Assembly: GCA_028534125.1 (NCBI GenBank)
Contig: CM052817.1
Coordinates: 95,544,001 to 95,608,000 of the forward strand
Source of the DNA: Lama glama
Lineage: Eukaryota
Length of the DNA stretch: 64,000 nucleotides
Direction of reading: 5' to 3'
A program made the position numbers and the translations under genes. Under the pieces are notes generated by a model that saw only the letters and a program-made list of their open reading frames with translations, did no database searches and was not told the DNA's origin. Shown piece after piece: positions 24,853-36,439 of this stretch. Every line of letters begins with the position of its first letter. Positions within the stretch are counted from its first letter, which is position 1.

Positions 24853-24885
24853 CTAGAGGAGTCTGAAACTCACCACTGTCCTGAG
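24853..24885 (-). CDS. ZNF827: ZNF827 33-nt alternative exon encoding (N)SGQW-stop; TGA at 24872-24870
   Basis: ttttcttttgccgtAG|CTCAGGACAGTGGTGAGTTTCAGACTCCTCTAG|GTAAGG. Gives the ...GGLNSGQW C-terminus recalled for the human 1081-aa protein. Confidence 0.8.
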   Translation of the reverse strand, partial: LRTVVSFRLL

Positions 24886-25169
24886 CTACGGCAAAAGAAA
24901 AATAATAGTATAATCTTATTTGATCTGCATTATGAACAGGATATAGAGTACAAGCAGTTCCATCACAGAAAAGCAATTTAGACATCGGCGGTCTGTTTCA
25001 TTTTAAGGACATTTCTGTGACCCACGGCTCAATCTTTCTTTCGCGGCTCAGGCAAAGTGCTAAGGGTTTTTCCGTGCTCCCGTTAGTTATCGTAAAGACA
25101 CTCTCTCAGGCAAATTAATTCTCTGATATGGCAAAGGGAAAAACAAAACAAAACAAAACAAAGACTCAC

Positions 25170-25236
25170 TGTATAGCCAGAAGGCATTAGCAATTTTTTC
25201 AAAGTATTCTTCTACTTGGTCATCCTAGAACATAAA
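25170..25236 (-). CDS. ZNF827: Candidate ZNF827 67-nt alternative stop exon, (N)LCSRMTK-stop
   Basis: taatAG|TTTATGTTCTAGGATGACCAAGTAG...TATACA|GTGAGT; TAG at 25214-25212. The acceptor has a weak pyrimidine tract; a second in-frame AG lies at 25226-25225. Confidence 0.45.
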
Positions 25237-26856
25237 CTATTACATAGGGGACCATTAGCACCGAACGGGAAGTGTCTGTATCCGCAAAAGCATCAGCGTT
25301 CACTGTGCATTCTCCCCAGTGGGCCAGAGGCTCCGGACTCCTGAGGTCCCCAAAGAAAAGGGGACCTAACTGGCAAAGCCACAACTGGCCGGGGCCGCAG
25401 TTAATGGGTGTGACTGGGCTACTGGGAACAGGGATGGGTGCTAGTCCAACCACATAAATACATGGCTCTTTTTTTTTTTTTTTAGGGTAAAAGTACACAA
25501 ATGTTTAGAAAGGGACAGTGGGAACAAAACAAATCAAATTCCCAAATAAGCTCTTGCTAGGCATTAACCACCCCTCCCCCCATTCTTCTTCTCTTCCCCA
25601 CCCCTCCCACCTAATCGCCCCTCTCCCCAGAGTGAAATAAAGTGGGATCCAACAGCAGGTGCTGCTCCTTGGGCAAGTTTTTGAGGAGGGTCCCCCTGAC
25701 CAGGCAGGTGCCCAGGGAGTCCACCCTGCCTTGCCCCCCACCCCCCACCCCCCACTTGACTCCCAACCTCCTTCTGGGTTTCTCCACCCCTTGGCCATTC
25801 AGAAAAGTCACGCCACCTCTCTGGCAAGTTGTGAGTTTCAAAGATAAAAATGTTTAAAAATAAATTTTTTTCTTAAGTAAAACATCATGTTTCATTCTTT
25901 TAATTACATGATCATCTTAGCTAAACATGAATAATTAGGCCTGGAAGTTGATGTGTGTTTTTGTCCCCAGTGACACATGCTTCTCTCTCTTTACTAGCCT
26001 GTGAGCGCCTTGAGACTGGGACTCTGATTTTAGAAGCACTGGGATTAAATTCTGGTAGCGTTCGGACGAACGTTTCCCAAGGGTGGAAATTATGTTTTAT
26101 TCTTTGTTTGCCCTTTAGCACCTATTATCAAGCCAGACACACAGTGCATTCGTTAATAACGGATGGGTCTCACTTCAGACCAGAGGGCTCCTTGCAAATA
26201 TTGGTTAATGATGATGCTTGGTGTCTAGGTCTTTGGGGATCTGTGACTAACATGTGTCCGGAAATATCAGATCTCATGAAGGCTACACCAGGGACATCCC
26301 AATTCCAGTTCCTGGGAAGGCAGGAAGACAGGAGGCAGATGATCTTTGCATAAAAAAAAAAAAGTTGCCTCCTGTCTGTTCAAACTGACAAAAGATCCAG
26401 TATTTGTGGGTGGGTGTGGATGGAGCGGTTGTAATGCTTATTTAGAAGACTTGTGGCAAATCATCTGAAAAAACAGAGATGGTGAAGTGCAGTGACAGCG
26501 TAATAATTTACACGTGAGGACCCTAACCCCAAGTCCCTTAAAATCAAGTCTGGACAAAACTCAAACAGCGGAGGATGAGTCTACCCTTGCGTGCTCATGC
26601 CGAGTTGCTTCAACGAGTTGTCTTGCTTGCCGGGAATCCCGGCATATTTGTGGAATGCACTTTCCTACTGACATCTGCTGACCCCTGGGAGACAGGTCTA
26701 TTCCTCTCCAGCTAAAGGCAGCCGAGGTGCCTAACTCCCCCCATGCCAAACCCCCTCCCCATGACCCCCAAAACCTTCAGGTGGGGGATGGGGCAGGGCT
26801 GGGGAAAGGGTATTTAATAACAACACAGTAAAAGGTTCTGTACTTGCTTTCCTTAC

Positions 26857-27034
26857 TTGAGCCCACCGGTGGGGACAGTGTGGCATTTCTTATGCTCCAG
26901 CAGCTGTTCAGGGGTCTTCATGAACTTGTGGCACACGTCACACTCAAACATCCGGGTGATGAGGTGTATCTGCAGATGGCGCTCAAACATGTTCTTCGTC
27001 TTGCAGACAAAGTTGCAAAAAACACATTCGAACC
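26857..27034 (-). CDS. ZNF827: ZNF827 internal exon (178 bp), two C2H2-type fingers FECVFC...HLQIH and FECDVC...HKKCH
   Basis: tttcAG|GG...CTCAA|GTAAG; phase 1 in, phase 2 out. Confidence 0.93.
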
Positions 27035-27391
27035 CTGAAAGGACCAAGACTGGGTGTACAGGTGCGTGGGGCAGAGGAACAGGAGGCCGGGAGTCGGGCA
27101 GCCCTCCCCGCTCCTGCTCCCCTCTAGCTAGACCCTTCCAGGTACTGTGCCCTGCATCTCCATGCTAAAAGGAGTTAGCGGAATTAATACCACACTCCCC
27201 ATCCTTCCACCCTGCACTGGGATGTAAATGAAGCCAAAAAAACACACCCAAATTGTAGATGATACATATTAGGTTGTTCTCAGGCTTCGTATTTATTTTC
27301 CAACATCGCTTCTCTCAAGGGCTTATTCTTAAGACTGCACATCCCCCGACACCGTGTAGGGCTGAGCTGGCCAGCCTACCTCCTCCCTTAC

Positions 27392-27583
27392 CCTTCTCTG
27401 GCTTTTCCTCGCTGTTCAATGAGGGCTGGCTCCCGGGCATGACCGAGATGACCAGCAGGTTGTTTCCGCTCTTGTTTTTCTGGGAGCTGTCGGAATCGTC
27501 CTTGCTGTTGGCTGAATCACTCAGAGCGGAGAGGGAGGATGAAGAGGGGCTGTTTGATTCACTGGGGGTCTTCCTGTCTTCCC
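27392..27583 (-). CDS. ZNF827: ZNF827 internal exon (192 bp), Ser-rich linker GEDRKTPSESNSPSSSSLSALSDS...EEKPEK
   Basis: ttttcAG|GG...AAGG|GTAAG; open frame, phase 1/1, matching both neighbours. Confidence 0.9.
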
Positions 27584-27844
27584 CTGAAAATTAAAACAAA
27601 CAAAGAAACCCCAGGTCTGTTATTTAGGAGATGAAAACCCTAGAATAACAGCAGTGATGGGGGCAGGGAGCTGAGGCCTCATGGCCACATCATCACTCAG
27701 GGAGCACAGGCTGAGGTTTCCAGCTGTCCCAGTGCTGGACCTGTGGTGAGGGTACTTGTGGTTCATGGGCCAGGAGTAGATATTCATTTATTTGACAAGT
27801 GTTTATTGGAATCTTTTAATAATTAAGATAAAAATGACAATAAT

Positions 27845-28055
27845 AGCTAAGATGGACATGTTACTGAGTGTGAGGAACTGTGTCATGCTTGCAATGCATT
27901 ATCTCATTTTATCCTCTCCAAAACCCAAAGAGGCATGACTGTTGTCACCCCCATCTTGCAGACGAGGGGAAGGAGGCAGTCAGGTTAACTTGGCCTCAGT
28001 CACATGGCTAGGAAGTGGCAGAGCAGAGATTTCAGTTGGTCAGGCTCTAGGGTCC
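27845..28055 (+). mobile_element. MIR SINE
   Basis: Core-like 'ccccatcttgcagacgagggaaggaggc...ggttaacttggcctcagtcacatggctaggaagtggcagagc'. Confidence 0.65.
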
Positions 28056-28299
28056 GTCTTCTTCATCAGTGGTTGTCACAGCATTGGATACAAGGCAGTG
28101 AAGAAGAGGGACCCCTGAGAGAGAGGAAAGAAAAGAGGTGGGCCCTCCGACTGTCCTGCTTCCTGCCTTGAGAGACGTTTCTTCCCAGGCTGCAGTGCCG
28201 GGATGGGGACCTGCCCAGCAGACTCACTGAGATGAGAAGAGAGAGCTGAGGATTTGAGGACATCAACATGACAGGGCTTTGCAGGACAGAGCAGCACAG

Positions 28300-30170
28300 G
28301 AGAGGAACTCAGACACCTGCAGAGGGTTCCCCCGAGGGCATTCAGCAGTGTAGGGATCAGAGCATGTGTGTGAGGAAATTGCCCAAAGTTGGAGGGAAAA
28401 AAAAGCCATATGAAAGGCTTAGTGAACAGGGTCCATTTCCAATGGCCAGATTAGAAAAACTCATAATTCCTGAGGCATTGGGCAGAAAATCAAGAAAGAT
28501 CTTTTAACACTGGGTACTGATTAGCCCTAGAGGGGTCACTGCTTCAGACCCGCCTGACAAATCATTAAAGCCAGAAACCCCCAAAAGGATCAAAGTTTCC
28601 AAGTAATTAACTGCATCCTAAGACAAAGATCAAGAATATTTCTAGGAATATAAAATATCCAGCACCCAGGAAGGGAAAAACCACAATGTCTGACATATAA
28701 ACAAAGATTACCAGGCATGCCAAACGAGAAAGCACAACCCCAAATGGGAAGAATAAGCAACCAATCAAAACTGACTCGGAACTGACAAAGTTGCTAGAAT
28801 CTGCAGACAAGGATGTAAGCACAGGTTTGGTAACTGTACTCCGTATGCTCAAAAAGTTAAGCAGAGATATAAAAGAGATTAAAAAGACCCAATCTAAATT
28901 TCTAGAGTTGAAAATTACAGTGTCAGAGATGAAGAATACACTGGATGGGACTGCCAGCAATTTAGACATGGCAGAAGAAAGATAAGTGAACTTGAAGATA
29001 CTAGCAACAGAAATGATCTGAAATGAAACACAGAAAAAAGAACCACGAAAAATGAAAAGAGAATCAGTGAGCTACCTGTTCGGGTAGATTAATATAGGTT
29101 TTACTGAAGTCCCTTATGGGGTGGGGAGGGCAGGAAAAATATTTGAAAACGCCAAAATTTTTCCCAATTTGAGGAAAACCACAAACCCAGAGATCCAAGA
29201 AACACAACAAACCCCAAGCACCAGGAAGATGATGAAATCTATACCAAGGCACATCGTAATCAAACTGCTCAAAGCCAGTGATAAAGAAAAAGATCCTAAA
29301 AGCAGCCAGAGGAGAAAGGATACGTTATGTGCAGAGGAACAAAAATAAGCATACAGCAGATTTCTCCCTGGATGTTAAGCAATGAAAGAAATGACTGTCA
29401 ACCTGAAACTTTACATCCAGTGAAAATATATTTCAAATACAAAAGCAAAGAAAAAAAAAAAAAAGAAGCTGAAAGAATTCATCACCAGCAGACTCAAATT
29501 ACCAGAAATGTTAAAAGAAATTCTTCAGGCAGAAGGAAAAAGACACCACCTGTGAAAAATGGATTTACACAAAAGAATGAAGAACACTAGACATGATGAC
29601 CACATGGATAGATGAGTTTTTCTTCTTAAAACAGGTATAATAGGTTTATGACAATAATAACATAAAGTCCAGAAATGGACTCATGGACAGAGAATACAGA
29701 CTTGTGGTTACCGGGGGGGGGGGGGGGGCGGGGTAGAGGGTGGGAAGGGATAGACTGGGATTTCAAAATTGTAGAACAGATAAACAAGATTACACTGTAT
29801 AGCACAGGGAAATATACACAAAATGTTATGATAAATCACAGAGAAAAAAATGTGACAATGAGTGTGTATATGTCCATGTACAACTGAAAAATTGTACTGA
29901 ACACTGGAATTTGACACAACACTGTAAAATGATTATGAATCAATAAAAATGTAAAAAAAAAACATAAAGGCTGAGAGAGGAGAAATCATTGTGCAGTTCT
30001 CATACTATCTATGAAGTGTTATAATATCACTTGACATATACAGTAATAAATAAAAAATGTACACCATAAACCCCAAATAACTGGAGGGCTATATACACTC
30101 TTCATGTTCAGGAGACTCCATATAGTTAAGACATCAATTCTCCCCAAGCCAATTCAATGCAACCCCATAA
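28300..30170 (+). mobile_element. Decayed old L1M 5' region (ORF1 remnant, short ORF2 remnant)
   Basis: ORF1-like peptides (ELKITVSEMKNTLDG..LDMAEER; NPEIQETQQTP...PRHIVIKLLK) broken by stops and frameshifts. Boundaries approximate. Confidence 0.75.
29670..29962 (+). mobile_element. Younger L1 3' end nested in the old L1M
   Basis: L1 3'UTR with G-tract 29713-29728, 'tatagcacaggga' motif, aataaa and poly-A. Confidence 0.8.
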
Positions 30171-31359
30171 TTTCAGGTTACGGTAGAAAATGTAAGACCG
30201 TGCTTCAGTTCCCTTCACATCGGTCAATTAAGTCATCGAGTGATTGTAAACTCTAGAAACAAACTTCCTTTATTAGGGGATAAAAAAACAAGTCACATTT
30301 TTTATATGGGCATAAAAAGTCCAGAAGTAAACAAACATGTAACGGTGGTCACAGCTAGTGTGAGAAATGATCAGCATTAGACTTGTTTTCTTTGATTTGG
30401 TTTTCAAAATTTTCTAGAGTGACCACATGTTACTTTTCCAACCAAAAAAAAGTTTTTAAAAAGAGGAAGGAGAACTATTTACCTGCTTATAAGATTTTAA
30501 GTCCTGTTCCAGTCAGACCTGCCCATATGCCCAGAGCGGACAACTCTTACTTCAGTTTATAGTTTTTAAAATCTTGTTCCCTAGCAGAAATGAACTTGGT
30601 TGAGTACGTGACCTCCCTTAGGGAGTATATACCTTTACCATATACTCTTCTTTTGGTACAAGGAAAGCCAGCACCATTACTGCCAGTCTCTTATCTAAAT
30701 ATGTAACCAGCTCAGTCACATTTTGTAGACAAAGAGAATATTTTCAGTGGGAGTCCTGAGTCCCTGACGCTGTTTACCAAATCCATTCTCTAAGACTGGC
30801 CTGACCAGCAGAATATTGCGGATGGTTATTTTAATCTTGTTTTTCAAGTTAAAATAGATAATTTTAATGACCACCTTGGAGAACAGCTCCAAGTACCCTC
30901 AGGCTTATGGCACCAAGGAGAGCTACCTAAATGAATAAATTTACAAATATCCAGGTGCCACAGAAGGCACTTTGGGAAACAGCCCAGCCTGCTCGATTTG
31001 TAATTGCAGGTCTATCTGGCATCCTCTCCTCTCGGTCCCCATCTCCTTCCAGTCTCTCTTAAGGAGTGAGCCAGGGTATCCTTATCAACCCAACCCAAGG
31101 CTGTCATTGTGATCCCAGGGGTCACTGATCTTCAGCATCACAGAGATTTCTGGTGAACGACACCCATGCACGGGTAATGCAACCTCAAACACTAGGACGG
31201 CCAACTAAAGAGAACTTTAAAAATCTGAAGATTTTCTAATTGAAAATGACACACGTTGAGAAACTGAGACTTTATAAAAGAGTACCAACCAATTTGCTGT
31301 CTCAGTACAAGCACCATTATATTTCTGGTGTTCTTCTTTTTATTTTTTAAAAAGGAAGC

Positions 31360-31500
31360 ACCTCAAGGAAACTGATCTCTCCTCAGGTCTCAGAATGAAC
31401 ACAGCCTCACCAACATCTTGATTTTATTCCCGTAAGACTAGTCTGAGACTCTGACCTGGAGAACTGTAAGATAATAAATTTCTGTGGTTTTAAGCTACCC
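31360..31500 (+). mobile_element. MaLR (MLT1) LTR fragment
   Basis: 'ctgacctggagaactgtaagataataaatttctgtggttttaagc' is a typical MLT1 3' part. Confidence 0.65.
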
Positions 31501-31534
31501 CCCCTCAAGGTAAGCATCTATTTTAAAACTGTTG

Positions 31535-31755
31535 ATACACATTACGATATACAAAATAGACAGACCACAAGGACCTACTGTATAGCACAGGGAACTATAT
31601 TCAGTTTCTTGTAATAACATATAAGGGAAAAGAATCTGAAAAGGAAGTATCTATGTATCTATATGTACAACTGAATATTTTGCTGTACACCTGTAACTCA
31701 CATTGTAAATCAACTACACTTCAATGAAAAAGAAAATTCAAAGTAAATAAATAAA
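31535..31755 (+). mobile_element. L1 3' end fragment
   Basis: 'caaggacctactgtatagcacagggaactatattca' and an A-rich tail. Confidence 0.8.
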
Positions 31756-31774
31756 GGTATTGCCATTAATTGCA

Positions 31775-32030
31775 TAGTGGTTCAGAATAAGGACTTCAGA
31801 TTCAGAATATTTGACTTTGAATGCCACCTATACCCCTTAGTAGCTGTATGACCTGGGACAACGATTTAACTTTGTGCCTCAATTATCTCATTCATCTAAA
31901 AAAAGGGGCTAATTCCAGCACCTGCCTCATATGTTTGTTGTGAGGATTAAATGGGCTTTTACATGCAAAGCACTAAGAGCAATGCCTGGCTCGTGGTAAG
32001 CATTATTGAAGAATATGTCATTATTATTAT
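31775..32030 (+). mobile_element. MIR SINE
   Basis: 'tagtagctgtatgacctggg...gtgcctc...ttgtgaggattaaatg...aaagcact...tgcctggc'. Confidence 0.7.
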
Positions 32031-33521
32031 ATTATAAAATATAACATATAGTATTTACAAAATACAATAAGGATAGTAACCACGAACACTTTGCATTTTC
32101 CCTTGCTGTTTGATATACGTGGAGCAGAGTTGGCTCTCACAAGACTTAAAAGAAGAATTACGAATTAATAGTTTTAAATGACAGTATTATATCCATGGAG
32201 TGGACTGATCCTACTTTATTTAAATATTGCCTTAAAATTACATTTTCAGTTAAAATGAATATTCCACTGTTTCGGTTTTTTTTTTTTCCCCTACAGATAA
32301 ATTCTCAGAAGTGGGATTACTGGGTCACAGAGCCTTACATTTTCCAGCCTCTCGGTAAATATTCATTAGTTTTCAAAAGTCCTACCACTTTGCAGGGCCA
32401 TCGTCACAAGAGAATCAGCCGCTTTTGGCAACAGTGGGTACCTGGGCGACGTGCTCCTAACTTAATAGTGAAAGATAAGCCACTCCTGAGTTTCAGGCTG
32501 ACTGCTAGCGAGGCTGAACACTTACCCTGACGTTGAGTGATTAGCTTTTCTTTCTTTTATGATGAACTGACTGTTCATGACCTAAAGTGTTTATCAGTTT
32601 ACATAAATTTTCTATGTTGTGAATATATTGGCCTTTTGTCATTTTTACAAACACATTTTTCAGACTGTGGTTTTTTGTTTTCCCTTTTTCTTCTCTTTCG
32701 CAAAGAGAGGAAATGTTCCTGTGTCGAATCCCTTGATCCTCTTCCTCTGAGATGTCTTGCGTCACTTAAGCTTTTACAGATCCTTCTCACTCTGTAAGTG
32801 TGATAAATATTCTATTTTCTTCAAGCCTTTCTGGGGCTGCTTGGTTAACAGGGATTGTGTCAGTCATCTGGCACTTATTTTGGCATCTATGTGACGTGAA
32901 TTATTGATGGTTGTTTTTTCCAAAGAGCTATTCAAAATCCTCAACTGCCATTATCGCAACATTTAAAAACTGCAGCAAAATCTGCATTGAGAAGTCAACA
33001 GCACCAGAGGGACTGCTTTTCCCTCGCTGATGTCCTCCGCAAGGACCAGGGCAGACAGAGGGCAAGGAGGTGTGAAGGAAGAAACACCAAACAGAGAACA
33101 GTTCTTCAGACTCACAAGTGTGTCGTGGGTAAGAGTTGCCAGTAAGGAGGTATGAGAAAGCACGTGGATTCTGTGGGAGAATCACAAGATAGGCCACTTA
33201 TCGAAGCCAAAACCTGCTATTGATCAAAGCTGTAGATTACAACTTCATTAGGTACCAAGAAAGCATTTCAGATCTCCCAAGGCGCTGAAATGAAGGATGC
33301 CTGTTCCTACGACAGGTAAATTGGATGAGAGAACGAGGCTCACAGGGAATCTCAGGCCTGTCCGGCAGCTCCTGCGCATTTAAAACCTCAGGGAACGGAT
33401 GGAGGCCCAGAGAAGTTAACATGAGTGCCTGCATTCGCAGTGCCTTGCGGTAACATGGGGTCTAGAACCGGGATCTGGAATTCAGTGTGTGCTCTCCTCC
33501 ATCCCAGTAACTTCTTCCACA

Positions 33522-34019
33522 CAGGCCGACCTCAGAGACGCTGCAGGGTCGGTTCCAGACCACAGCAAGAAAGCAAATACCGCAATAAAGTCACATGAAT
33601 TTACACATGAATTTTTTGGTGTCCTGGTGTATATAAAAGTTATGTTTACACTACACTGTAGTCTATTAAGTGGGCAACAGAATTATGTCTAAAAAAATGT
33701 ACATACCTTAATTAAAAGGCACTTTATTGCTAAAAAATGCTGTCATCTGAGCCTTTTTCAGCGAGGCACAATTTCTTTGCAACAGCAATATCAATGATCA
33801 CTGACCACAGACCACCATAACAAATATAATGATAACAAAAAGTTTAAAATATCACAAGAATTACCAAAATATGACACAGAGACATAAAGTCGGCAAACGT
33901 TGAAAAATGGTGCTAACAGACTAGCCCGATGCAGGGTTGCCACAAATCTTCAATTTGCTTAAAAAAAAAAAATCTGCGAAAAGAAACAAGGCAAAATGCA
34001 ATAAAACAAGGTATGCCTG
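33522..34019. mobile_element. Tigger1-derived non-autonomous DNA transposon (~500 bp)
   Basis: Ends caggccgacctc... and ...aaggtatgcctg match Tigger1 terminal inverted repeats; TA at 34020-34021; Tigger1 subterminal sequence ggttccagaccac. Confidence 0.85.
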
Positions 34020-34374
34020 TACATACTAAGGTTAGGCAAGGGCCATGGCTGAGTAATTTTCTTACTTGCATGCACACGTGTGTGTGGATGCATTTGCACA
34101 CATCCATTCATTCACTGGATGAAAGTTTCTCTCCACCCACACCAAGCAGCCACGGGTCCAGGTGCTGGAGACGCAGCCGTGCCTTGGATAAACTCCTTAT
34201 TCTTAGGAATATACATTGTCTGTATTACATAGCATACATAGTGCTTTTATATCATAACTTTGCAACTGCACAGCTTATTAATTACAATTTAGATGTATAT
34301 ATTTTGGGTCAAAACCACCTCAAAGCAGCAGCAAAAGACAAGAAACCCTCACTGTGAGGCCTTTTAGCTTATAA

Positions 34375-34597
34375 TGGGGGTCAGCCAACTAGAAGCCTCG
34401 GGCCAAATCTAGCCTCTGTGCCTTTGTAAATAAAGCTCCCATGGAATGCTGCCACACCCATTCATTTGCATACTGTCCAGGGCTCCATTCCAATTCCAAC
34501 AGCACAGCTGAACAGCAGGGACAGAAACTGCACAGCCTGAAAGTCTAAGATAGCTACTATCTGGCCCTTAAAAGAAAAACCCTTGCTAGCACCCTTG
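34375..34597. mobile_element. MER58A-like hAT MITE
   Basis: 'ggggtcagc...gggccaaatctagcc...tttgtaaataaag...actatctggccctt' is the MER58 pattern. Confidence 0.7.
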
Positions 34598-36272
34598 GCT
34601 TATAAAATAGGATATAACCTTATTCCCTAATAGCCGCAGCATCTAAGGCTTCTACTGTGTTAGAAAAGACAGTCCTTCAGTGCATCTCACTCTCGGCTCT
34701 CTGTGCTAACACACCGCTACACCAGGAGCCCCACCACCTCAGAGGGAACAGATCGTCGCTGTGTTCCCCGTGGCAACTGAGAAGTATGTTTGCATCGGTT
34801 ACTTGTGAATGTGAAGTTTCCAGTGATGACAGTCAAGTGATTCTAAGTCCAACTTCCTTCCAGCCATTATGGTTTCTATGGTTTCCTGGAGGTGGTGGTG
34901 GAGGGGGCTGCGGAGGGGGGAGGGGGAAGGGAAGGTTCTCGGCTAGGTGTGGGCATGCTTTGGGGTGGGGAGGGCGAGAAGAAAGGACGTGTAATAGAAA
35001 AGAGAGAGAAAAAAGAATACCTGAAAAGCCAGTGGAAATGGAACAGAGGCTGGCCACTCCAGAAATGCTAAATTTAATTTGTCTTCGATGTGAGTTTCCC
35101 AGCTCACCTGCTGCCCACGGTGCTAATGTGGTTACGGTCAGACAACTGACTGTAAAAACGGCACCTTCTCACTCAGCCTAACGGCTCTCTGCAGACCTCC
35201 GAGTCATAGCTGCTCAACTTACTGACAAAAACAAGCTTTTATTGCTGTTGGCACCATGGAGCCAAAGCGGCCAGGAAAGCACAGAGACTTCACGGCCGTG
35301 CACATCGTCAGGGAGATTCCCCTTCCTGAATCCTTCAAGTGCTGAGGATGCGGGGGGCTGACCCAACGCCTGGGGCTGGTGGTCAGCAGTGTAACTTGGA
35401 AGCCCTGGGAAATACAGCGGGAGCTCCTCCTCCTCCTAATTTAATGACTCCGCGCTGGTGTCATTTGTAACCATCACTTGGAAGAGAACAATTGCACGGT
35501 GAAGTCAAAATGTTAACATCATTAAATGGAAGAAGTTAACCAGCATGGCAAGAGCCTTACAGGAAAGGACAGCCCTGGCAAAGTCTTGGCTGCAGCCAAG
35601 AGAGACATTGGGTTGTTTCGGGAGAAGCCGGTTTTCTTTATCTCTGGACAGAACTGCTAGGGCATCATTCTGGAGGGTGTCTGGGCTGCAGTTCAAGGGA
35701 AGAGGAGCACAGCCGCAGAATGATGTTTGCGGTACTCTGGCACCATAAAACAGAAAGGCGCAGAACTCTGCCAAGGGCTGCACGGGGCTGCCAGGACAGC
35801 AGTGATACAGAGAGTGGGCTCCAGCATGAAACTGTGCTGGTCTGAGTTTCTGGAGTCACATCCTGGTGGACACCTGAAGCCTCAGTTTCTCCCCCTGGCT
35901 AGTATGCTGACAATGGTACTGACTGCAGAGGGTTGTTTTAAGCTTAAATGAGATCTAGAGCGCAAAGGCGCAAGCCTGGGGCATTGTAAAAGCTGGATGA
36001 CTGCTGGCTACAATGATGATGATCAGGATGAGGAACAAGCCAACAGCCCGCACCCTTCAACTGCTTGTGTGGCTGTCAGATCAGCGCGGCACAAGCCAGG
36101 CCAGACAATGGGAGAAGTGGCCCTACCACCCGGAGAAAGCCCCTCCTTCTGGAAGGAAATGTCAGTGTCGCCTGGTGAAGAGGATGCCCCTGCCGGGGAA
36201 TGGGGGGCGGGGTGGGGAGGGCGACTGGGGTTGAAAGAGAGATGGGTGCGAAGGACAGACAGGGAGGGTCAC

Positions 36273-36439
36273 CTGTGTGCTTGGTGCCGATGTGAGCCTT
36301 TATCTCTGCTTCCTCCATGGTGACGAAGTCGCAGGCCGTGCAGCAGATGGAGAACATCCACTGCTCCTTGTCCACGTGGAGCGACATGTGACTGACAAAC
36401 TGGACATTGAGCTCGGTCTCAAATCCACACACGTGACAG
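36273..36439 (-). CDS. ZNF827: ZNF827 internal exon (167 bp), fingers CHVC...HMSLH and CTAC...HIGTKH
   Basis: ggtacAG|C...ACAG|GTGAC; phase 2/1. Confidence 0.93.

Noticed and set aside
28607..29590. ORFs of 60-120 aa as a novel gene
   Set aside because: Broken L1 ORF1 remnants and their antisense.
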